Shown here piece after piece: positions 8,090-16,553 of a DNA stretch of 64,000 bases; the stretch's first letter is position 1; every line of letters starts with the position of its first letter. This DNA is from a virus. The stretch is from IMG/VR virus record IMGVR_UViG_3300008261_004773, positions 32,830-96,829 of that record; one strand, 5' to 3'. Below the pieces are notes generated by a model, which had not been told where the DNA came from, ran no database searches, and saw nothing but the letters and a program-made list of their open reading frames with translations. The position numbers and the translations under genes were made by a program.

Positions 8090-9667
8090 TTACCTAAAAG
8101 AGTACAAATTGAAAGCTACGTGATGCCAATATTCCTCAGGTTCGAAATCTTCGATCTTGGCGTTTTTTATAAATTTTCCTGAACTATCGGAAACCTTGAT
8201 TTTATTTCTTGCTACATCGGGAAAAGATCCCTGTAAAATTAATTTGGTGTTATCTTTTGTTTTCACAACATCAATCCACTCTCCATCACGAGTTCCGTAA
8301 CGATTGAATTTTCCTTTAGCCCTTAAACTTCCATCAGGGTAATAATACACCCAATCTCCGAGTCTATTATCATTTTTACCGTATCTGCCCACAGCAAAAA
8401 CCTTCCCTGATGGATAGAAAATGGTGATCTTACCATTTACAGTTGCGTTTTGGTAACGAGAGCCTCTCGAACCACTACTTATAAATCTCAATTTTCCTTG
8501 TTCAGTAAATCCTGATATTTTAAGGTTCTTTTCGGAATAGTCTACTAATCTATGACCTCTCGAGTAGTAACTTTTTTCAAACCAAACTCCATCTTTATAA
8601 CCGTCAGGGCCATAAATTCCTTTAATTTCAAGTTTTCCATCATGATATCTTTCAAATGGCCCCTCCAAGGTTTCGAGACCTACTAATGAGTGATTACCTT
8701 TGACTGAAATTCCACCTTTGGAATCGTACACCACAAAAGGCCCTTTCAGTTTACCTTTTTCATATGTAGATACTCCAATAAGTTTGCCTCGATCATATTG
8801 TTTCCAAAGACCATTCTTCCTTCTTCTACTATCTAAATAACCCTTATCCTTAACAGGAATTTCCATATTACCAGGAAATGGGTCTTGTGTCATACTATAT
8901 TGTGGGACTCTTTCACCTACAAATTCATAGAATTTATATTGATCTAAACTCGCTTCATTATCATTCTTATCCATGAATTGATCGGACTCGAAATGTAATT
9001 GGTATGGAGATTTGGGGTCATCCAAGTTGAAGAGTAAAAAGTAATTCGAACCTTTAGGATCTGTAAGGTAACTTTTGAAATATTTGTAATTACCAATAGT
9101 ACATATGTCAATCTTAGCACCTCTATTTCTACCTTTACACCTACCTAATATATCTCTGTAAATTTTCCATGTGTCTTGGTCGTAACCGAACACTTGAAAA
9201 ACCTGATATTTGTATTTTTTATCTTGATACATACCAAGGTATTTCATACCTCCTGTAGATTCTAATTTTTCTATTTCGTTTTGTGTGACGTAGTTGTCCA
9301 GTCCTTGAATTTCATCGTAAACGATATCAGATTCTCTCACCGAAATTGCATCTTTAAGAAAATTTTTTACGTCCTCTGAAGTCTTATACAGGTGAATATC
9401 TTTGTGTTGGAATTTGTTTTTGTTTTTTTCGAAAAGCTCAAAGTATTCTTTGTATTTGTAGATATCCTCGGGCTTAATCATTCCCGTACCCACTTTCTTT
9501 GTCAACCAACTTAATAGGTAAAATTTATTACCCGTAACCTCCACAATTTTATTGAAGTCGTCCTCAGAAACAGGTTTGTCTTCACCAACATATTTGTTTT
9601 TCAAATTGACGGTGTTCTGATCTAACTGTTCTTTAAGAAGTTTCCAAATTAAACTGCGTAATTCCAT
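8090..9667 (-). CDS. Paralog of 6094-7578 with C-terminal MORN-variant repeats
   Basis: KDIHLY, DICT, YQLHFESDQFMD; repeated GxW...Y..G..xxG.Y units; ATG 9667 is 3 nt after TATTTATA. Confidence 0.75.
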   Translation of the reverse strand: MELRSLIWKLLKEQLDQNTVNLKNKYVGEDKPVSEDDFNKIVEVTGNKFYLLSWLTKKVGTGMIKPEDIYKYKEYFELFEKNKNKFQHKDIHLYKTSEDVKNFLKDAISVRESDIVYDEIQGLDNYVTQNEIEKLESTGGMKYLGMYQDKKYKYQVFQVFGYDQDTWKIYRDILGRCKGRNRGAKIDICTIGNYKYFKSYLTDPKGSNYFLLFNLDDPKSPYQLHFESDQFMDKNDNEASLDQYKFYEFVGERVPQYSMTQDPFPGNMEIPVKDKGYLDSRRRKNGLWKQYDRGKLIGVSTYEKGKLKGPFVVYDSKGGISVKGNHSLVGLETLEGPFERYHDGKLEIKGIYGPDGYKDGVWFEKSYYSRGHRLVDYSEKNLKISGFTEQGKLRFISSGSRGSRYQNATVNGKITIFYPSGKVFAVGRYGKNDNRLGDWVYYYPDGSLRAKGKFNRYGTRDGEWIDVVKTKDNTKLILQGSFPDVARNKIKVSDSSGKFIKNAKIEDFEPEEYWHHVAFNLYSFR

Positions 9668-9692
9668 TCCTATAAATACCACTTACCCAAAA

Positions 9693-9719
9693 TAAAAAAC
9701 CCCATCCGAAGACGGGGTT
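9693..9719 (-). terminator. Intrinsic terminator
   Basis: AACCCC...GGGGTT hairpin with T-tract on the minus strand. Confidence 0.65.
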
Positions 9720-9726
9720 AATTAAA

Positions 9727-10065
9727 TTAAAGTGATCTGAGAACGTAGGAGAGTAGTGATAACACACCAACCAAAATTGGCATGTAAGTTTTTGCTCCCC
9801 CCATAAGTGCGAGATGTAAAACAACCGCAGCACTCATAAATGAAGTAACCAATACCATTCCGTAAAGGGACGTTACTGGAATACAAAGTAAGATAACACC
9901 CAAAAGTTCTCCAACCCCTGTTAGTAATCTATACTTTTCTAACTTCATAAATGCGAAGTTTCCGACCATTTCTTGAGTTCCGATGATTTTTTCTACAGCA
10001 CCTTTACCTAACATAACGGCTACAACTGCAGTTAAAACCCATCCGAGAATTGCTAAAATTGTCAT
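9727..10065 (-). CDS. DoxX family membrane protein
   Basis: Four TM helices, GVGELLGVILL...AVVLH pattern. Confidence 0.75.
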   Translation of the reverse strand: MTILAILGWVLTAVVAVMLGKGAVEKIIGTQEMVGNFAFMKLEKYRLLTGVGELLGVILLCIPVTSLYGMVLVTSFMSAAVVLHLALMGGAKTYMPILVGVLSLLSYVLRSL

Positions 10066-10116
10066 ATAATTTATTTTGAAATTAAAGAATAGTTAAACAA
10101 CATGACATTGTCAAAT

Positions 10117-10144
10117 AAAAAACCCCCACCGTAGTGAGGGTTTT
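10117..10144 (-). terminator. Intrinsic terminator after the TonB-dependent receptor gene
   Basis: AAAACCC...GGGTTTT hairpin. Confidence 0.7.
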
Positions 10145-10163
10145 ATATTCTATGATGTTTAGA

Positions 10164-13100
10164 TTACTTACCAAAAGTATATCTGATACCTAACTGTGCA
10201 GACCATACATCAAATACTGATGAATTGAATTGATATGTGTCTTTGATCAAGTAAGTACCGCTTGCATCTCTTTGAGTTGCCAATCTATACGTTGGAATGT
10301 TACTAGCATCTCTGCTAACGAAGTTTAACAACTGAGGGTTTGTAGCTCTTTGAGATACACCCCATTTGTTGTTTACCATGTTTCCAAAGTTTAAAATGTC
10401 AGCTCTAATTTGGAAAGAATTTCTTTTTCCACCGATTTTAACAAATACATCCTGAGCTATTGAAAGATCGAATCTATGTAGGAAAGGAAGATCAAGTGCG
10501 TTTCTTTCAGCGTACTGTCCTCTTCTTGTTGATAGATATGGATCTTGAGATATGAAAGCTTCGAATGATGCTTGTTGTTCAGCTTCAGTGTAAACTCTTG
10601 TTCCTACTGTAAGTGGTGCAAAACGAATGTCAGATCCTTTGTTTGGTACAAATACCAAATCATTGTTATTTACTCTGTCACCGTTCAAATCACCAGCTAC
10701 AATGTAAGAGAATGGATTGTTCTGTGAACCAACATAACCAAGAGTGATTGTTGTTGCTCCACCATATTTTTTACCGTAGTCAATTCTGTAACCTAACAAA
10801 CCTACGATTCTATTTCTAACAACAAAGTCAGAAATTGATAGTCCTAAGTTATTGTTACCGTTTACAGATACTGCTGACTGCCAGCTACCACTCGCGATTG
10901 AACCCGCACTCATGAAATCTTCAGCCATAGCGTTTGTGTAAGCTACGTAACCCCAAAGACCTTTTGATACAGGTTTTTCTAATTTGAATGTTGCTGAACG
11001 ATTGTAAGCACCATTTCTGTTTGTTAGAACTGCTGCCATTGATACGTTATCATTTACTCTTACACCATTATCATTTCCTGCGAAAAGGTCTCTAGTATCA
11101 ACACCACCTAACTTACCAACTGGTTTATCTAAGTTAGCGTTGTAATAATGAACCGCATTGATGGTTTTGTTGTAGAGTAATTCAGCACTCAAAATTAAAC
11201 CAAGCCAAGGTAGTTTCTGATCAATAGCGATGTTGTTTTTCCAAACTTGTGGAAATTTATAATTCTGATTAGTGAATGCTAAATCAAACGTAGAAGGTAA
11301 AGTTGGTGTTGATGGGATGAAGTATTGATTAGGATTTGCAGTGAAACCATATTGTGCCGCTGCCGCTCCTGATACATCGATAAATCCTGTTAACACACCG
11401 TTGTTACCAACTTGGTTAGAAAGGAACACGTATGGTGGTCTACCTGTGAATACACCTGTACCACCACGGATTTGTGTTTTTTTCTGACCTTTGAGGTCGT
11501 AGTTGAATCCGAAACGAGGTTCTATTAAGAACTGTGTTTTTGGAAGAACACTTGTATTGAATCCTTCACCATTTGCGAAGATCATTGAAGACACCGCTTT
11601 ATTTTCTAAAGCTGTGTTACCTAAATCAATAACATTTGCTCTGATACCAAAAGTCAACTTCAGTTCTTTGGTTGCGTTGAATTCATCTTGAACGTAAAGA
11701 TCCAAACGATTAGCTTCCAAAACCTGCATTGGTTCTACCGCTCCAGGAAGTGCAGAATAACGTAATTGGAATCTTGCCGGTGCGAATGTTGAAGGTCTAC
11801 CACCGTTAGCAATTGATTGTCTTGCTGCGGTATAGAAGTCGTTCAGACTGTTGAAGATGTAAACTCCGTTAGAAGCTGGGAAGAATAAGTTATTTGATTG
11901 ATAACTTTGATAGTTGAAACCACCAACCAAAGTATGTTTGTTCAAATACTTTGTCAAGTTATTTGTTACGTTGAACGTCCAATAGTTCAATTTGTTACCA
12001 GGTGTGAAAGGGTCGAAACCTACTGAAGTGTAAGTTGCGGAACCTTCTCTGATATCAATAGTTGGGAACATTTGACTCAAATATGCTCTATCCTCAATTT
12101 GCTTATCGTAAGAAACGATTAAGTTATTGTGAAGTGTGTTAGAGATTTTAGAGTTAAGTTCCAAAACCGCAGAACGAGTATTGTCCTGAATAATGTAACC
12201 ACTATTTTTGAAACTCATTGCGTTGAACTGAGTAGTTCTGTTTCCTGCTCCCGCTGACTGAGAGTTTGAAATGTTAATCTCAGCAGAAGAATTGTGATTC
12301 ACATAACGAGCGGTTAACTTGTTATTCTTGTTGATGTTCCAATCCACACGAATCAAGAATTTTCTTGAATCGTTAGTGTTAGAATACCCTTCCCAAGGAC
12401 CTGTGACATAACCCAAACTATCTTTCATAAAGTTTGATAGTCTTTGCATGTCAGCAAATTTAACTCTACTGATTTGTGTACCTGTTAAAGGAGATCCTTC
12501 TGAAATCCAAGTCGTACCTGGTTCAGTTCTTACGATACTCTCATAGTTACCAAAAATGAATAATTTGTTTTTGATAATTGGAGCACCTAATCTGAAACCT
12601 TGTACCTTTTCATCAAATTTAGCCGCAGTTACTGTCGTACCCCTTGCATTGTTACCAACATAAGTAGATGAGTTGTTTCTCTGTGTTTGATACACACTTC
12701 CTTCAACCTCATTCGTACCTGAACGAGTAACAGCATTGATACCTGCACCAACGAAACCACTTTGACGAATATCGAAAGGTGCCACGTTAACCTGAAGTTG
12801 GTCAATTGCATCCAATGATATTGCTGAAGCACCAGTTCTACCACCCGCTTGAGCTGAAGAACCCAAACCAAAGTTGTTGTTGAACTGTGATCCGTCAATA
12901 GTGAAGTTGTTTAAACGTGAGTCTTGAGCTCCAAAAGAGTTTCCGTTACCGAATGGGTTGTACTTTGTGATACCATCGATAGTTCTTGCTCCCGCGATCG
13001 GAATAGAAGTAAGTTCTCTACGTCCGAATTGTTGAGCAGCTCCGGTTTTGTCTTTCGAAAAAACGTTACTCTTTGTTCCCACGACTGTAACCTCACTGAG

Positions 13101-13439
13101 TTGTTTAGAGTCGGAAAGTAGAACTACGTCCACATTACTTGTCGAGCCCAACAATGTCTGAATGTCTGTGATCTCAGCCATTTTGTAACCAACGTAACTA
13201 ACGTGGATAATGTAAGGTCCACCTACACGAACTGCTGGAATGGTATACAAACCAGATTTTGTTGAGCTTGTTCGATACTCAGAACCTGAAGGTTGGTGTA
13301 CTGCGTGTACAGTGGCACCTGCTAAAGTTTCTCCTTTTTCATTTTTCACAACACCTGACAGGGTAGAAGTTGTAATCTGCCCGAAAGATGTCAATGCCAC
13401 CATAAAGGATAAAAGGGACATCAAGATTGCTTTTTTCAT
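10164..13439 (-). CDS. TonB-dependent receptor, Oar-like, with N-terminal carboxypeptidase-regulatory-like domain
   Basis: Signal peptide, NNFTIDG...NNNFGL plug, GAGINAVTRSGTN, PRFGFNYD, C-terminal QLGIRYTF. Confidence 0.92.
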   Translation of the reverse strand: MKKAILMSLLSFMVALTSFGQITTSTLSGVVKNEKGETLAGATVHAVHQPSGSEYRTSSTKSGLYTIPAVRVGGPYIIHVSYVGYKMAEITDIQTLLGSTSNVDVVLLSDSKQLSEVTVVGTKSNVFSKDKTGAAQQFGRRELTSIPIAGARTIDGITKYNPFGNGNSFGAQDSRLNNFTIDGSQFNNNFGLGSSAQAGGRTGASAISLDAIDQLQVNVAPFDIRQSGFVGAGINAVTRSGTNEVEGSVYQTQRNNSSTYVGNNARGTTVTAAKFDEKVQGFRLGAPIIKNKLFIFGNYESIVRTEPGTTWISEGSPLTGTQISRVKFADMQRLSNFMKDSLGYVTGPWEGYSNTNDSRKFLIRVDWNINKNNKLTARYVNHNSSAEINISNSQSAGAGNRTTQFNAMSFKNSGYIIQDNTRSAVLELNSKISNTLHNNLIVSYDKQIEDRAYLSQMFPTIDIREGSATYTSVGFDPFTPGNKLNYWTFNVTNNLTKYLNKHTLVGGFNYQSYQSNNLFFPASNGVYIFNSLNDFYTAARQSIANGGRPSTFAPARFQLRYSALPGAVEPMQVLEANRLDLYVQDEFNATKELKLTFGIRANVIDLGNTALENKAVSSMIFANGEGFNTSVLPKTQFLIEPRFGFNYDLKGQKKTQIRGGTGVFTGRPPYVFLSNQVGNNGVLTGFIDVSGAAAAQYGFTANPNQYFIPSTPTLPSTFDLAFTNQNYKFPQVWKNNIAIDQKLPWLGLILSAELLYNKTINAVHYYNANLDKPVGKLGGVDTRDLFAGNDNGVRVNDNVSMAAVLTNRNGAYNRSATFKLEKPVSKGLWGYVAYTNAMAEDFMSAGSIASGSWQSAVSVNGNNNLGLSISDFVVRNRIVGLLGYRIDYGKKYGGATTITLGYVGSQNNPFSYIVAGDLNGDRVNNNDLVFVPNKGSDIRFAPLTVGTRVYTEAEQQASFEAFISQDPYLSTRRGQYAERNALDLPFLHRFDLSIAQDVFVKIGGKRNSFQIRADILNFGNMVNNKWGVSQRATNPQLLNFVSRDASNIPTYRLATQRDASGTYLIKDTYQFNSSVFDVWSAQLGIRYTFGK

Positions 13440-13465
13440 TTTGCTTTCTGTTTATTGGTTTATAA

Positions 13466-13501
13466 ATAAAAAATCCCGCGACTGTTACGTCAACGGGATT
13501 T
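13466..13501 (-). terminator. Terminator-like hairpin inside the receptor gene leader
   Basis: AAATCCCG/CGGGATTT stem followed by TTTTATTT on the minus strand. Confidence 0.6.
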
Positions 13502-13599
13502 GTTTAATTTCTATGTGTTTTTCGGTAATAATTAAGTTCCACAAAATTGTTTTTAAGGATTATCCTTGTTTCAATAAGTATAGGGCACAGTTTCCAAGT

Positions 13600-13628
13600 T
13601 GTCAAACTTCATGTTAAGAAAATGTAAA
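13600..13628 (-). promoter_or_regulatory. Pho-box-like direct repeats
   Basis: Minus strand TTTACA, TTAACA, TTGACA spaced 11 and 12 nt. Confidence 0.5.
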
Positions 13629-13657
13629 CACGGAGATATCCAACTGATTTTCAGTAA

Positions 13658-13840
13658 TTAATTTTTTAAAGAATTAATAAGATTTTTGTCTTCGTTCGAG
13701 AGATTCTGAAACCACTCAGGACTCAGATCATTATAACTTTTTTTGTTGTCGAAATCGGGATTCCCTTTTTCGTCACATGGATACACGTAGTCCTTATCTA
13801 CGTAGATGCATACGGATGCTAATTTTAATATTTCTTTCAT
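13658..13840 (-). CDS. Hypothetical protein
   Basis: 60-aa ORF directly after tRNA-Glu. Confidence 0.6.
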   Translation of the reverse strand: MKEILKLASVCIYVDKDYVYPCDEKGNPDFDNKKSYNDLSPEWFQNLSNEDKNLINSLKN

Positions 13841-13856
13841 AGTTCAGGATCGTTTG

Positions 13857-13930
13857 TACTCCGTAGGGGATTCGAACCCCTGATTTTCTCCGTGAAAGGG
13901 AGACGACTTGAGCCACTGGTCTAACGGAGC
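13857..13930 (-). tRNA. tRNA-Glu(TTC)
   Basis: Reverse complement has TCTCC-CTTTCAC-GGAGA and AGGGG-TTCGAAT-CCCCT. Confidence 0.95.
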
Positions 13931-13941
13931 GGTAAAAAAAA

Positions 13942-14128
13942 AACAGGCTTTTCGTGACCTTTTACACATCATGACCAACATATTCCTACATTGGTGGTTA
14001 CATTTTCGTCGTTGGTTAATTACTCCTGACTTATAGTAAACACTACCCTCACCGCTCTGATACCGCGAATCAAGACGGCGTCTTTGGGATTCATATACCG
14101 AGGGGTTCCACCTCAGTCTTCACCTGTC
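13942..14128 (-). ncRNA. Putative ~185-nt structured RNA directly downstream of tmRNA
   Basis: ACAGG/CCTGT closing stem; ACTGAGG/CCTCGGT, GAATC..AAGAC/GTCTT..GATTC and ACCAAC/GTTGGT stems. Confidence 0.55.
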
Positions 14129-14523
14129 TGGTGGAGATGACGGGAGTCGAACCCGTGTCTTGTTCACGAACACTATAAATGACTACACGTTTAGTACAAC
14201 GTTGTTTCTCAACGTTACGAAATATTAGGTTAGATATATGTGGGAAACCAACCTACAAACAACCTGGTCTCAGAATTATTTTAAACGAGCTCTGACCTGT
14301 CACCCGTATATTGGACTTCTGTTCCTAGGTTAACGTCCTAATCGACCCGATATGTTGTTCTCTACGATTACGCAGCAACAACGCTTTCTTCACGGATAAG
14401 ACCGATAGCAGAAAGTTTTGCGAAAGTTTCGCCGTTTGTGTTTCAAATCAGTTTTTAAGGAGTTAATTCAGCTCCTACGTGCCATCTATAATATCACATG
14501 CCAATCAATGCCGTGACATCCCC
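14129..14523 (-). ncRNA. ssrA: tmRNA
   Basis: 5' GGGGATG, 3' ACGGG-TTCGACT-CCCGT-CATCTCC-ACCA with Ala G3:U70 pair; tag ORF GETFAKLSAIGLIREESVVAA* at 14433-14368. Confidence 0.96.
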
Positions 14524-14606
14524 ATGATTTCAAATAACTTTTTCAAAGGTAAGAATAAATAGTTTCTAATCCAAACGAATTTTATATTTATATTAAAATC
14601 ATTGTT

Positions 14607-15647
14607 TTGGCATCGAGTGAATTATTTCAAATATTAAGAAAATACGTAAGGGGACAAGCGGATAGGTATGATATTGAAAGGACCGAACCATCGATACATA
14701 GGGTTGTTGAAAATCCGGTAAAGGGGTTAACAAAAATTCAATTCGAGTTCAAAAACGACGAAGAACTACTCGAAGCTTTAGGTGTTTCTCAGGACGACGT
14801 TTTCTTTGTGAATCATGTTTACTCACCTCATTCAAATTGGGGATTCACAGATGAATCTCGTGTATTCGAAGACTTCGAACAAGGATATATTGTTTTTTAT
14901 GAATTGAACGAAGAAAATTTGGAAACAATGAATTTTATTTTGAAAGTTTTGGATCCAAATTATGATTACTCGGATCTACCGGAAGAAAACACAAACAAAA
15001 GGGCAGCGGAGATTCTTTTGAAAGTTTATCCAAAACAGACTAATAGGATTTTAGATGATTATCATTCTGAGTTTGAACATGCGGCGACTCAAAAGGCGAT
15101 GGAAATTATCGACGAAGAACTTACTGAAGAACTCAAAAAAAATGAATTCACAGTTGCAAGAAAGTGGGACACAGTGAGTATCAATGTAGGTGAATTGATA
15201 ATGTTATACTTGAAAACGGGATTAGTGTGGTTGAGTTTCAAGGATCTATTTAAAGAGTTATACAAAGGAGAAGATCAAGGTTGGAATTGGTCCGAACAAA
15301 GTTATGAGTGGGGATATAACAGTGACTTCGACAAAGAATCCTTCAATCGAGATGTTGCTTGGCAACTTGATAAGATTAAAGACAACATTGAAGAAGATGA
15401 AAATCTTCCAAAATTTATAGAGTTTTATAACAGAATCACAAAAAAATTCAAACCAATGGTCATGTATGATTTACCCAAATTGAAGGGTGTCACTTTCATG
15501 ATTAAAGATTTCGATAAAGATGAAATGAAAGTTGAGGTAATCCTACGTAAAGACCTAAAATCAATATCCAGAAAAGTCTCAGAAGAAAATTTTTATAAAT
15601 TATTATACCAACCTGAATTATTTGCTGGTCCGTTTGGTGATGTGTAA
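14607..15647 (+). CDS. Hypothetical phage protein
   Basis: 346-aa ORF, TTG start after TATTTATA at 14585. Confidence 0.75.
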   Translation: MASSELFQILRKYVRGQADRYDIERTEPSIHRVVENPVKGLTKIQFEFKNDEELLEALGVSQDDVFFVNHVYSPHSNWGFTDESRVFEDFEQGYIVFYELNEENLETMNFILKVLDPNYDYSDLPEENTNKRAAEILLKVYPKQTNRILDDYHSEFEHAATQKAMEIIDEELTEELKKNEFTVARKWDTVSINVGELIMLYLKTGLVWLSFKDLFKELYKGEDQGWNWSEQSYEWGYNSDFDKESFNRDVAWQLDKIKDNIEEDENLPKFIEFYNRITKKFKPMVMYDLPKLKGVTFMIKDFDKDEMKVEVILRKDLKSISRKVSEENFYKLLYQPELFAGPFGDV

Positions 15648-15680
15648 AAGTTTACTTACTTTTGTAGTAAATTTTTATTA

Positions 15681-16520
15681 ATGAATCAAGAATTAGAATT
15701 TCTAAAATCTGTTTTGAGTGTTCCAACCAAGACTTACCAAGAAGGTGAGATGGTAAAATATCTTATCAATTGGTGTAATAAAGAAGGTTTGGATTACGAA
15801 GTAGATCAAAATTACAACGTTTACGTCACAAAAAAAACAGGTGAAATAAATGAAGGATTTTACTATCCGTGTGTAGTTGCACACACAGATACTGTACATA
15901 ACATAGACATCATCAATGTGGTTGAAGAACAACTACCAAACGCACAAGGAGAAATCAAACTCGCATTGAAGGCCTACAATGACCAAGGTCAACCAACAGG
16001 TATTGGTGGTGATGATAAAGCTGGCGTTTTTGCTTGTCTGACTTTATTGAAAGAACTTCCATTTCTGAAAGCAGCCTTCTTCGTTTCAGAGGAAACTGGT
16101 TGTCATGGATCACAGAAAGCCAACACAAAATTTTTTGAAAATGTGGGGTATGTTATTCAGTTTGATGCTCCCGAAAATTGGATGATTACCGAAAGATGTT
16201 TCGGACAAGTTCTGTTCGACAGAGACTCAGAATTCTTCGAAGTTTGTGATAAGGTATTATCTGAGGGGATGGTTATGGAAGACATGGATTATATGACTCA
16301 CCCTTATACTGATGTTTGGGCGTTGAGGTCTAAATTTGATTTTTCTTGTATTAACTTTTCTATTGGGTACTACAACTACCACACCAAAAATGAATATGTA
16401 GTTGTTGAAGACGTTTACAATGGAATTAATATGGGTAGAAAAATGATTGAGAATTTAGGATATAAGTTACATTACAAACAGAACGTACCACAGAAATCTT
16501 TTAATAGATTATGGGATTAA
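15681..16520 (+). CDS. Zn-dependent peptidase, M20/M28/M42 clan
   Basis: AHTDTVH, GGDDKAG, SEETG, QFD and YHT metal-binding motifs. Confidence 0.85.
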   Translation: MNQELEFLKSVLSVPTKTYQEGEMVKYLINWCNKEGLDYEVDQNYNVYVTKKTGEINEGFYYPCVVAHTDTVHNIDIINVVEEQLPNAQGEIKLALKAYNDQGQPTGIGGDDKAGVFACLTLLKELPFLKAAFFVSEETGCHGSQKANTKFFENVGYVIQFDAPENWMITERCFGQVLFDRDSEFFEVCDKVLSEGMVMEDMDYMTHPYTDVWALRSKFDFSCINFSIGYYNYHTKNEYVVVEDVYNGINMGRKMIENLGYKLHYKQNVPQKSFNRLWD

Positions 16521-16521
16521 T

Positions 16522-16553
16522 AAAAAAGGGGGTTTTTCAACCCCCTTTTTTTT
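16522..16553. terminator. Bidirectional intrinsic terminator
   Basis: AAAAAAGGGGGTT...AACCCCCTTTTTTT. Confidence 0.85.
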
